42,199 bases of DNA from a virus: positions 1 to 42,199 of IMG/VR virus record IMGVR_UViG_3300045988_008931; one strand, 5' to 3'. A model generated the notes under the pieces. It was not told the origin of the DNA and did no database searches. It saw nothing but the letters and a program-made list of their open reading frames with translations. Shown here one piece after another: positions 10,462 to 18,418 of the stretch. Each line of letters starts with the position of its first letter. Position 1 is the first letter of the stretch. Both the position numbers and the translations under genes were made by a program.

Positions 10462-10463
10462 AA

Positions 10464-11012
10464 TTATCTAGATTTACGTTTCATTTCCTCCGCTTGCAAC
10501 TTCTGCAGGTTCCGCTCGTACACGCTTCTCTTGTTGTCCATTTCCATGCACTTGTAGATGCGAAGCCATGGTGTCTTCAATACTTGGTCGTGGTCGCTGA
10601 TGCCCATCCTTACCGCATACCAGTCGAGCATGCCGAACAGTCCGAACCGCAGGGTATCGATGCCTGCCTCCTTCTCCAGTCTCGTTGGCTTCGCTGTGTC
10701 TGTGCTCTCGAAGAGCTTGTTGATGCGCTCCACCTCTGCTGTTACCCAGCCGATGAGCATAACGACATCAACCGCCCTAGCCTGCTCCACTTCCTTGTGG
10801 CTCAGACCGAGGACGGTTGTCACTATCTGATACAGACTTTCCTCGCTGTCTGATAGCTGGGAAAGGTCTATCAGCTGCCCGATGGATAGCTGGTTGAGAT
10901 TGTCGGGCACTTGTTTGCCTCCAACGAACGCTGGTCGTGGCTGCTTGCCGATTTTGTAGCTGGTGTGTCTAGCAACTGCCAGCCAGTACTTGAATGTCGT
11001 GTTCTTATCCAT
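10464..11012 (-). CDS. Hypothetical protein downstream of the large terminase
   Basis: 182-aa ORF, 18 nt after the terL stop. Confidence 0.4.
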   Translation of the reverse strand: MDKNTTFKYWLAVARHTSYKIGKQPRPAFVGGKQVPDNLNQLSIGQLIDLSQLSDSEESLYQIVTTVLGLSHKEVEQARAVDVVMLIGWVTAEVERINKLFESTDTAKPTRLEKEAGIDTLRFGLFGMLDWYAVRMGISDHDQVLKTPWLRIYKCMEMDNKRSVYERNLQKLQAEEMKRKSR

Positions 11013-11030
11013 ACGCTTTATATTTTTGTC

Positions 11031-12212
11031 TTATCTTTGCCTTAATACGTGCGCCCTAGCCGTTCCGTGACTTGCTACGGATAACTTCTTCAAGGCTACG
11101 TATCGTATTGCGTCTATGCCGTGGTTAAATGCGTCTATAGGCTGGTTCGTGGTCTCTCCATCCCTTGACTTCTTCCACTTGTATTGCTGCATGTTCCCGA
11201 TGATGCCGTGGCTGCGTCTTGTTATGTTGATGCGAAAACGCTTCAAGATGTCGATGCCGTTGTTGATACTGTCCTTGCCCTTGGTGCTGCCGATTATCCA
11301 CAGACCTCGGTTGTGTATCTCCTGAATGCTCTTAGGCTCTGCCGAATCAGCAATGATAAGGTCTCGTTTTGTCAGTCCGTTTTCCTTGCATCGGTCTGCG
11401 ATGTCATCGTTCGTCATTCCGGGCTGGTAGATTTCCTCATCCACCCACAACTCTCCGTGCGCCAATATAAGGTGCTCCACTGCTGTCGGGTCGTTGGTGA
11501 ATCCGAAGTCCAACCCCCTGCATTCCATCTTCCACTCCTCCCTTGGTGGCAGCTTGTCAACGATGCCCCAGTTAGTGAAGATAAGCCCGGTTATCTTTCC
11601 GGTCAGTCCACGCGCATACACTCGCCACAGTTCGGGGTCGTCAATCTCTTCAATCTTTTTGTGCTCCTCCTCAGTCAGGAATCGGTTGTTTCGGTGGTCG
11701 CTTAGGATCAGCCGGCAGTCATCCCTGCCGATGATGTTGTTGTGGACCCAGAAGCGTGCGCTTGGATTGTAGTCGATGAACACCTGCTTTCGGGTTCGGA
11801 TGGCAAGCTGCCAAAACACTTCGTATGGCACACCGTTCGCCTCGTTCACGAACAGATAGTCTCGCTTACCGTTCTTAGCGTCCTGCGCATCCTTGTAGCT
11901 TTTGAACTCGATGATTGAGCCGTTTTTTCCTCGGTAGCTGCTGTCGCTCTTGTTGTTCTTGAACCAGTCCAGCAACTCTGCCCTTGTGTGCAGGATGGTG
12001 TCGAGGTCTCGCATGGCTCCCACCTTTAAGTTCGGGAGGTCTTGACCGCAAACCGTGATAATTGCCATGGGGTGCTCAAAAGAAAGCACTATAAGACGCT
12101 GCATAATGGTGTATGTCTTCCCCGAGGACGTGCCTCCTTGGTTTACGAGAAACCTTGGCTTCACGTCCGCATTCGGTTCATAAAGTTCACCAATAACGTC
12201 AAATAGTGCCAT
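11031..12212 (-). CDS. terL: Terminase large subunit
   Basis: Walker A QGGTSSGKT, Walker B/catalytic DYLFVNEANG, and a C-terminal nuclease-like half. ATG at 12212 (the ORF track starts at TTG 12224). Confidence 0.9.
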   Translation of the reverse strand: MALFDVIGELYEPNADVKPRFLVNQGGTSSGKTYTIMQRLIVLSFEHPMAIITVCGQDLPNLKVGAMRDLDTILHTRAELLDWFKNNKSDSSYRGKNGSIIEFKSYKDAQDAKNGKRDYLFVNEANGVPYEVFWQLAIRTRKQVFIDYNPSARFWVHNNIIGRDDCRLILSDHRNNRFLTEEEHKKIEEIDDPELWRVYARGLTGKITGLIFTNWGIVDKLPPREEWKMECRGLDFGFTNDPTAVEHLILAHGELWVDEEIYQPGMTNDDIADRCKENGLTKRDLIIADSAEPKSIQEIHNRGLWIIGSTKGKDSINNGIDILKRFRINITRRSHGIIGNMQQYKWKKSRDGETTNQPIDAFNHGIDAIRYVALKKLSVASHGTARAHVLRQR

Positions 12213-12255
12213 TCTTTCAAACAATAAAAACTTAAAACAAAATTATGGTAAAAAA

Positions 12256-12861
12256 TTATTCTTTGTCCAATCCCTCACGCTCGATTACTTCCTGCTCGCT
12301 GGATGCACACTGGTGTCCCGAGTTGATGTAGCGTACCTCGATGCCGCCTTGGAAGCCTGCGTTCAGGTCGAGCACGACCTTATCCAGTCCGAGCAGCTTG
12401 CAAATCTGCGTCTCTGCCTTGATGATGATGTCGAGGTAGCGTGGTTCTCCGAATCCTCGTTTCTCGGCATCGTACATTATCGCCTTGACCGTCTCGATTG
12501 AAATCTGTTTTCCTCGCTCATCTACGATTGGCAGTCCATGCTGGGTTGATTTCTGAACGTGGTAGTCTTCCTTGGACTTCTCCCACGCTTCCCATGCTTC
12601 ACGTATCACCAGTTTCAACCTTGCCACCTCGCTGGTTATTTTCTCGTCTGTGTCGGTCAGCCGCTCCTCCCTCCACTCCTTCAATAACCGCTGAATGTCG
12701 CAGTGCGCTTGATTGTATTTCGGTCTGTCGAGCCGCTTGCGAACCTCTGCCGTGATTTCTCGCTCCGTCCACCCTCTGCGGTATAAGGGTGCGATAATCT
12801 GCAGGCGGTTCTCGATGTCGATTTTCTGCGCTCGATGTTTGTTGTTATTACCTTGTGGCAT
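12256..12861 (-). CDS. Terminase small subunit candidate (DNA-binding)
   Basis: 201 aa directly upstream of terL. HTH-like N-terminus (GWTEREITAEVRKRL) followed by a helical oligomerisation-like region. Confidence 0.55.
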   Translation of the reverse strand: MPQGNNNKHRAQKIDIENRLQIIAPLYRRGWTEREITAEVRKRLDRPKYNQAHCDIQRLLKEWREERLTDTDEKITSEVARLKLVIREAWEAWEKSKEDYHVQKSTQHGLPIVDERGKQISIETVKAIMYDAEKRGFGEPRYLDIIIKAETQICKLLGLDKVVLDLNAGFQGGIEVRYINSGHQCASSEQEVIEREGLDKE

Positions 12862-12941
12862 ACGATTCTGATTTCTTGAAATTTATTTGATTTTTTATAA
12901 AAATTCATCTTGAAAAACTTGCATATTTCAAATAAATTTCG

Positions 12942-12949
12942 TATCTTTG
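12942..12949 (+). promoter_or_regulatory. -7 box TATCTTTG (rightward)
   Basis: tcgTATCTTTGc in the 333-bp intergenic region. It points at the structured leader and ORF 13195-13389. Confidence 0.5.
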
Positions 12950-12957
12950 CAAACGTA
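12950..12957 (-). promoter_or_regulatory. -7 box TACGTTTG (leftward, towards the small terminase)
   Basis: Plus strand caaacgta, abutting the rightward box: TATCTTTG|CAAACGTA. Confidence 0.45.
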
Positions 12958-13014
12958 ATAAGGGAAGTGTCCTTACTTACTGAAACCCTCCGAGGATGAG
13001 GGAAAAGTAAAATG

Positions 13015-13145
13015 AAATCCCAAAGTCTTATGAACGTACTGAAAATTTCATTAAAGATTTGGAAAATAGAAATCTTATCATTTACGATTAGATTATTCTA
13101 AATTCCAAGGGGTGGTGCTCGAACCACCACCCCACTTTGGGATTT
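13015..13145. ncRNA. Structured element: 12-bp closing helix enclosing hairpins, with a 9-bp GC hairpin carrying a T-loop-like CTCGAAC stacked on the closing helix. Strand and function unknown.
   Basis: aaatcccaaagt (13015-13026) pairs with actttgggattt (13134-13145). ggggtggtg/caccacccc hairpin at 13109-13133. AT hairpin at 13054-13076. Confidence 0.35.
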
Positions 13146-13151
13146 CGTTTG

Positions 13152-13159
13152 CAAATTTA
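13152..13159 (-). promoter_or_regulatory. Possible -7 box TAAATTTG (leftward)
   Basis: Plus strand caaattta. It would transcribe the structured element antisense towards the small terminase. Confidence 0.3.
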
Positions 13160-13194
13160 CGAATTAATTTTCATATCACCAAATTTTTAACATT

Positions 13195-13389
13195 ATGAGT
13201 ACTACGAATGAAACTACCTCCAAATCTTGGGGAGGTGCTCGCAAGGGCGCAGGGCGAACGAAGAAATACGCTGCAACATTCTATTTCGGTGCTACCGAGG
13301 ACGTGGCTAACATCTTGGCAGGGGTCGATAAGAAAGACCGCAGCGGCTTCATCAACCAGTGTATTCTCAAAGCGATGGGCAGGGGTTAA
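13195..13389 (+). CDS. Small basic DNA-binding-like protein (ribbon-helix-helix-like), paralogue of 29256-29423
   Basis: 64 aa, WGGARKGAGRTKK...SGFINQCILKAM. Own terminator follows. It is the only plus-strand gene in this area. Confidence 0.6.
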   Translation: MSTTNETTSKSWGGARKGAGRTKKYAATFYFGATEDVANILAGVDKKDRSGFINQCILKAMGRG

Positions 13390-13403
13390 TCTCCTGCCTT
13401 TTT
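13378..13403 (+). terminator. Rho-independent terminator
   Basis: ggcagg-ggttaatct-cctgcc followed by ttttt. The stop codon lies in the loop. Confidence 0.6.
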
Positions 13404-13521
13404 CGTTTCCGCTCCCTTGGAGGTTATTTTCTGAGAATTTCGTGCACACGGCTCGAACGTTTCAATCACGCTTAGTTATGCGCATGGTTTGAGAACGTGC
13501 CGCATACGCCCGCATATCGTC

Positions 13522-14028
13522 TCATCCGTTTATTATCTCCCATTCCCCGGTTGCTTTTACCAGTTGCGCCATCGGTGCTTGGTCTGAGTACTCGCAGCTT
13601 GGGTCTTGGTTATCCCATTGCGCAATGAACCGCGACTTAGGGAAAGCCATCCGCAGGCAGATTACAGTCTCTCCGCTTCCGGTCGGTATGGTGTAGGTCT
13701 GTCCCTTCTTGATGATGTCGGAAAAAGTCGTTCTGTATTCCGCTGCCAGTTGGTTCATCATATCCATTGGCAGGTGTCCGCTCGTTGCATCGAAGGAATC
13801 GGGGAAGGTGTTGCGTATCTCGTTCATGCTCCACCAGCGGTTTGCGCTCAGGTCGCCACCGGGAGAAATTTCCACGCAGGGGATGCCTGCCTCCTTGATG
13901 GCTCTTGATGCGTTTCCGCAGGAGAAACAGACGCAGCGGTCGATGTGGTTCTCTTCCATGTGCCGCTTGATGATGCAGGCACGGATTGCCTTCGCAGTTC
14001 TGCTGATGTCAATCGTCTGTGCCTTCAT
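13522..14028 (-). CDS. Conserved-looking partner of the ParB-methyltransferase, function unknown (cofactor-binding look)
   Basis: 168 aa. Its start overlaps the methyltransferase stop by 20 nt. Beta-alpha-beta pattern with Gly-rich loops CFSCGNASRA and TGSGET. Confidence 0.5.
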   Translation of the reverse strand: MKAQTIDISRTAKAIRACIIKRHMEENHIDRCVCFSCGNASRAIKEAGIPCVEISPGGDLSANRWWSMNEIRNTFPDSFDATSGHLPMDMMNQLAAEYRTTFSDIIKKGQTYTIPTGSGETVICLRMAFPKSRFIAQWDNQDPSCEYSDQAPMAQLVKATGEWEIING

Positions 14029-15703
14029 CGCTCTGCCCTCCTTCCTCTGCTGGTTGCTCTTCCTCTCCTGCTGGTGGTGCTACGCTGTTGAAGGTGTCCG
14101 CAAGCTGTTGCGCCTCTTCCTCGTTGTATTCGATAGGCTGGAAATGGTCTTGGACGTGTTTCGGGTCGCCCTTGTAGAAAACGAGCACGTTGGAGTGCAT
14201 CTTTTCGGGCATTCTCATATCCTCGAACGTCTTCTTGATTTCGTCCATTTCGCCTTTATAGAAAACGAGCACGTTCTGGTGGCACTTCTGCGTCTTGCGT
14301 GATTTCATGCCTCCGTCTGCTCTCAGGCATCGGGACGCGACCTGCTCGATAAATATAAGTTCGTTGTAATAGTGAAGTCCGAGCCGCAGGAAGGTGGAGA
14401 TATTGTCTCCAACGAAATTCCGGTACTCTCCGTTCTTCTTGTTTCGTACCTCCCCAATCTTGACAACCAGGAATGAACCGTCCTTCATCTTATCCACGCA
14501 TTGCCTGAAGATGTTTTCGTACTGGCTCATGAATTCCTCGTATGTGCCGAGTGCGCTCATGTCTTCCTTGCTGTAGACTTCCAGGTCGTAATAGGGTGGC
14601 GAGGTGAAACAGAGGTCGAAATCGCTGTCTTTGATTATCTGCCCGATGTTGTTTGAATCACCGCAGAAATATTTCACGCTGCCGTAGTCCTTGGTCGCTT
14701 CTGTGTTGATGTCGACCTGCTCCTTACGGATTTCCACAGCTTGATAGTCGTAGCCTAGCGTGGCAGCAACAACACCTTTTGTCTGCTCCCCTCCGAATGG
14801 GTCGATAATCTTTCCATGTGGCTTGCAGAACCATCGCATGATGATTTCAGCCAGTACTGGGTCGAAAAGGCTTGTACCCTGCGCCAATACGCTACGGTCT
14901 GCCTTGGCTTTCTCTTCGGGCGATACATAGTTCTCGAAATACTCATCGAATGAGATGCCTTTCTCTTTTCTGAACTTCTCGCTCTTGCTGTACAGTTCCT
15001 TGTATCGCATTTCCTTGGAACGGAAGAGGGTCTGTTCACGGCTTGCCCCGATATCCTTGCTGGAAACGATGGCACGCCATTGCTTCTTGCGCTCAACCCA
15101 GTAACCTTGACGTGTGTCGAGGATTGAGAAGGGAGGAACGACAAACTTATCCACCAGGCTTGGCTTCGGTGCTCCTTCTCCTTCCGTTGGAGTATCGCCC
15201 CCCTGCTTTTGTTCCTCGCTGATGCCTGCCATACCGAGAATCCATTGTGGGATTGCCCAGTCCGTCAACGGCTGGTCTCCGAACTGGTTCGCCAGTGCTT
15301 CGGTGTCCCAGTCTCCGAAACCAGCATTATCCTTGATGATGAATTCTTTCTTCTGCGCTTCCGTGAGGTCTGATGCCTTGACGATGGTTGCAGTTGGCTG
15401 CTCCTTCCACAGGCTCCAGTAGTAGGCGGTTAACCGCTTCTCTGAATCGGTCAGCCGCTGGTCTGTGTCGAGAACGTCATTGATGTTTTCGGGTGTCATG
15501 CTCACGATGTGGCAGAGTGCCCTCGTTCTCATGTTCCCACCCAGTACCTTGTAGGTTTCGTCTACGACTATCGGGCGAAGCTGGAGCATCTTAGGAAATA
15601 CAAGAATGCTCTTGACCAGCTTTTGGAAGCTCGCCTCAGTTATGGTTCTCGGGTTCGCTTCGTTCTCGCTGACCCTCGATAGTGCGATTTCTTCTGTTTT
15701 CAT
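14009..15703 (-). CDS. ParB-like nuclease domain fused to an amino (N6-A/N4-C) DNA methyltransferase
   Basis: N-terminus ENEANPRTI...LGGNMRTRA (ParB/Srx-like). SAM loop IIDPFGGEQTKG. Catalytic motif FTSPPYYD. Confidence 0.85.
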   Translation of the reverse strand: MKTEEIALSRVSENEANPRTITEASFQKLVKSILVFPKMLQLRPIVVDETYKVLGGNMRTRALCHIVSMTPENINDVLDTDQRLTDSEKRLTAYYWSLWKEQPTATIVKASDLTEAQKKEFIIKDNAGFGDWDTEALANQFGDQPLTDWAIPQWILGMAGISEEQKQGGDTPTEGEGAPKPSLVDKFVVPPFSILDTRQGYWVERKKQWRAIVSSKDIGASREQTLFRSKEMRYKELYSKSEKFRKEKGISFDEYFENYVSPEEKAKADRSVLAQGTSLFDPVLAEIIMRWFCKPHGKIIDPFGGEQTKGVVAATLGYDYQAVEIRKEQVDINTEATKDYGSVKYFCGDSNNIGQIIKDSDFDLCFTSPPYYDLEVYSKEDMSALGTYEEFMSQYENIFRQCVDKMKDGSFLVVKIGEVRNKKNGEYRNFVGDNISTFLRLGLHYYNELIFIEQVASRCLRADGGMKSRKTQKCHQNVLVFYKGEMDEIKKTFEDMRMPEKMHSNVLVFYKGDPKHVQDHFQPIEYNEEEAQQLADTFNSVAPPAGEEEQPAEEGGQSDEGTDD

Positions 15704-15754
15704 TTTCTTCTTGTTTTAAGTTCGAAATTTGTGCTTATCTAATAAACACTGGCG

Positions 15755-15762
15755 CAAAGATA
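15755..15762 (-). promoter_or_regulatory. -7 box TATCTTTG for the methyltransferase operon
   Basis: Plus strand gcgcaaagatacg, 52 nt upstream of ATG 15703. Confidence 0.55.
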
Positions 15763-15829
15763 CGACTTTTTTGCTTTAGTTGTTTGTTCTTTGCACACTT
15801 TTAACTTTTTCCAACACTTCGTTTTTATC

Positions 15830-16372
15830 TTATCCATCAAAGGCTCTGATGGTCTTTTGCAGGGTTGTCTGCGGTTTCTTCGGCATTACTCTGACCGGGT
15901 ATCCTGCACAGACCCATGCGAGGAGAAGTGCGTCTCTCTGGTCTTGGTTCATTCTCGACATCTTTTGTCCTGCGCTTACAAAATAAGCAAGTTCGTCTTG
16001 GGTGATTTTTCCGTCTTTACCCTTCCAGCATTTTTTCAATGGCTTGATGATTTCGCAGGGGATATTGTAGTGTTTACAGCACTCGACAATCAAGATTCCG
16101 GTCTGATGGTTCATTCCGGTAGAGCGTCCGATTGCTGCTGCCTTGACTGCTGTCATGAACCGATTAAGCACATGCCAGTTGCTTTTGTTGAGCCAGCCGC
16201 CTTCAATAACGACCTTAATCTTTTTGCAACTCTCGTTCATAGCCTTGAGGTAATCTATCAAAGCCGGGAAGTTCATTTTATAGGCGAGAAACTTCTTGTC
16301 GTCAAAGACTGCTCCAACTCCGCTTTCCAGGTTGTCGGGGTCGATGCCGATTATAACTGTTCCTTTTTCCAT
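15830..16372 (-). CDS. RuvC-like Holliday junction resolvase
   Basis: IIGIDPD near the N-terminus, VVIEGGW, and C-terminal QDQRDALLLAW match the acidic catalytic pattern of RuvC/RNase H-fold resolvases. Confidence 0.65.
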   Translation of the reverse strand: MEKGTVIIGIDPDNLESGVGAVFDDKKFLAYKMNFPALIDYLKAMNESCKKIKVVIEGGWLNKSNWHVLNRFMTAVKAAAIGRSTGMNHQTGILIVECCKHYNIPCEIIKPLKKCWKGKDGKITQDELAYFVSAGQKMSRMNQDQRDALLLAWVCAGYPVRVMPKKPQTTLQKTIRAFDG

Positions 16373-16850
16373 TTCATTTTTTCTTTAAAGTACTTATTTT
16401 GTTTAAATTTCACGCATAAGCGTTTATTTTGTTTTGCTGGTGTAGTTCATTACTCAACACCATTTACGTGCGCATATACGTGCGCACATGCGTTATTATC
16501 CCTATCTTTCCCCTACCCCTTTCTTTCCCTTCTTTTTGGTTGCGATAGAGAAAGCTGGCAGGGATTCCGGAAGTTGTCTGCGGGTGCAAAATAAATGAAT
16601 AACAAAATGTATATGTTGCGGACACTTCCTTCTTCCACCGCCAGCCGTAGGATAAAAGCATAATTAATATTATATCATCGTCTTCTTTCTATTTCTTCAT
16701 GTACCACCTCGCTTTCTTTGTTTGTTGTCAGACTTCGGGAGATGCGTTTCCGGCTCGCCTATCATAATTTCAAGATGTTATAAGTTTATTTGTTTTGATA
16801 GGAGAGCCATCCCCTTCTGTCCTCGCTGGTTAAAAACTCTTTTATTGAAC

Positions 16851-17147
16851 TCACGACCGATTATTCTTTTTGTTTTCGAGCAGCCATGCCAGATGCGCTG
16901 CCTGCTGCGGATTCTTGAACATGGATAGAGCCTTCTCTACGTCCGGCTTCTTCCTCTCACGCATCGCTCTGTCGGCTACCCGGTTCTTCGTACCGTAGTT
17001 CCGGTAGTGCTTACTCCAGTACTCCTTTTGATACGCCCGGTATTTTTCCCGGTTTCTCTTTCGCCATTCCTTCGTGGCTCTGAGGATCTGTTCCCGGTGT
17101 TCCTGGTAGTACGTTCTGTTCTTCTCCCTTGTTGCGAAATCGCTCAT
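16851..17147 (-). CDS. Small highly basic protein, function unknown
   Basis: MSDFATREKNRTYYQEHREQILRATKEWRKRNREKYRAYQKEYW. ATG at 17147 (the track starts at TTG 17156). Confidence 0.5.
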   Translation of the reverse strand: MSDFATREKNRTYYQEHREQILRATKEWRKRNREKYRAYQKEYWSKHYRNYGTKNRVADRAMRERKKPDVEKALSMFKNPQQAAHLAWLLENKKNNRS

Positions 17148-17261
17148 TGCATTCAAGTATTACCTGATGTTCTACATATTGCTTGCGTGCCGGGCAATAG
17201 ATGCCATTTAAGCAATTTCGCCCGGAATCGCAAGCCTTGCATAATTCGCTCGCCATACGTC

Positions 17262-18269
17262 TTAGAATGGTAAATCCTCAATGTCGTAGGAAGTGAAGAC
17301 AATATTCTCGTGCCCCTCGAATGGGATGCAGTGAGTGAAGTCTGCTGGCTTTCCGGTATGTAAAGGCAGGACGTTGTATCTATTGGTGAAACTCTCTCCA
17401 CGGTCACGAATGAATAACGCAGGAAGCCACTTGAATTCTTTTCCGAGCCTTACCAGCACCTTGTCAAAGGTCTTGAAGGCTGGCTTCTTCATCGGTTTCT
17501 TCGGTGTCTTCTCCCAGAGGGTATAAGCCTCTTTGAACGTGCAATATTCGCCCTCTGTTGCTTCTCGCAGTTCATCGTGCACGCTGATTCGCAGGTCGAA
17601 GGCTTGGTCGGTCACGAACTTCTCGTTCTCGATTTCGTACTGGTTGCCGAATGTCAGCGTATCTTCGCTTTCGTCCTTGTCGATGAGCTTGCCGATGATT
17701 GTCAGCTCTCCGTCCTCATCATCCTCATTGAAGACGTAGAGTTTTCCGATTTCAAACGTAAGTTTCTCCGTCTTCTCAATCTCCAGAGTTTCACGGTTCA
17801 GCTTTCCACCAAAACATTTATTGATGTTATTGATGTAGGTCTGGGCTTCATCATCGCTGGCTTTCTCAAATACAGAAGTTTCCATTTGGAATACTTCTTC
17901 ATTATAACATTCTTTCCAAAGATAATACTTGCCTCTGAATTTTGTGAAGGCATCATCCTCAAACTTCTCAAAGATAATATGTACTTCTCTGTCTTTACTG
18001 ACAAGAACGTCTCCCTTCTTGAATAACTTGCCCCAGTCTCTCATTTCGTTAGAAGGGAAGAGCAGAACTTCTCCTTCTTTAGAGACTTTTCCGTTCTTGT
18101 CGAAAAAGTGTTCTATTCCAGCTTCGTCCTCAGTCCAGATTGCTTTCGCACTGTCCTTGTCGTTTGCTATTCCACTGTGCCACACCCTTCCACATATTGG
18201 CGTGTATAGCTCTGTACCACGCTCTTCATCTTTGAGTATTTCGTAAATATCAATATCTTTCTGTTTCAT
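17262..18269 (-). CDS. Acidic 335-aa protein of unknown family ending in an SSB-C-terminal-tail-like motif (DIEDLPF)
   Basis: Long ORF in the replication/recombination block. The last residues are ...VFTSYDIEDLPF*. Confidence 0.6.
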   Translation of the reverse strand: MKQKDIDIYEILKDEERGTELYTPICGRVWHSGIANDKDSAKAIWTEDEAGIEHFFDKNGKVSKEGEVLLFPSNEMRDWGKLFKKGDVLVSKDREVHIIFEKFEDDAFTKFRGKYYLWKECYNEEVFQMETSVFEKASDDEAQTYINNINKCFGGKLNRETLEIEKTEKLTFEIGKLYVFNEDDEDGELTIIGKLIDKDESEDTLTFGNQYEIENEKFVTDQAFDLRISVHDELREATEGEYCTFKEAYTLWEKTPKKPMKKPAFKTFDKVLVRLGKEFKWLPALFIRDRGESFTNRYNVLPLHTGKPADFTHCIPFEGHENIVFTSYDIEDLPF

Positions 18270-18290
18270 TGTCTGAATGTTTTTTATTGT

Positions 18291-18416
18291 TTATAATTTC
18301 TCTTGTCCGAGTTTCTTGTATAGCTCAATCAGCTCCATTGTATCGAGCCAAAAGTCGGTGTTGCCAACGAATACGTGATGATGATGATTGTCCTTGATGA
18401 TTTCTATCTTCTTCAT
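18291..18416 (-). CDS. 41-aa mini-protein, tandem paralogue of 18419-18574 (not in ORF track)
   Basis: MKKIEIIKDNHHHHVFVGNTDFWLDTMELIELYKKLGQEKL. Shares the HH-x-x-VG-x-x-D-x-WL core with its neighbour. Confidence 0.45.
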   Translation of the reverse strand: MKKIEIIKDNHHHHVFVGNTDFWLDTMELIELYKKLGQEKL

Positions 18417-18418
18417 TT

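Noticed and set aside
16509-16522. A 14-mer, tcccctaccccttt, shared by the two largest non-coding regions (also at 31485-31498).
   Set aside because: With about 1e9 position pairs on two strands and 4^14 about 2.7e8, several exact 14-mer coincidences are expected by chance. The sequence is also low-complexity polypyrimidine. It is not evidence on its own.
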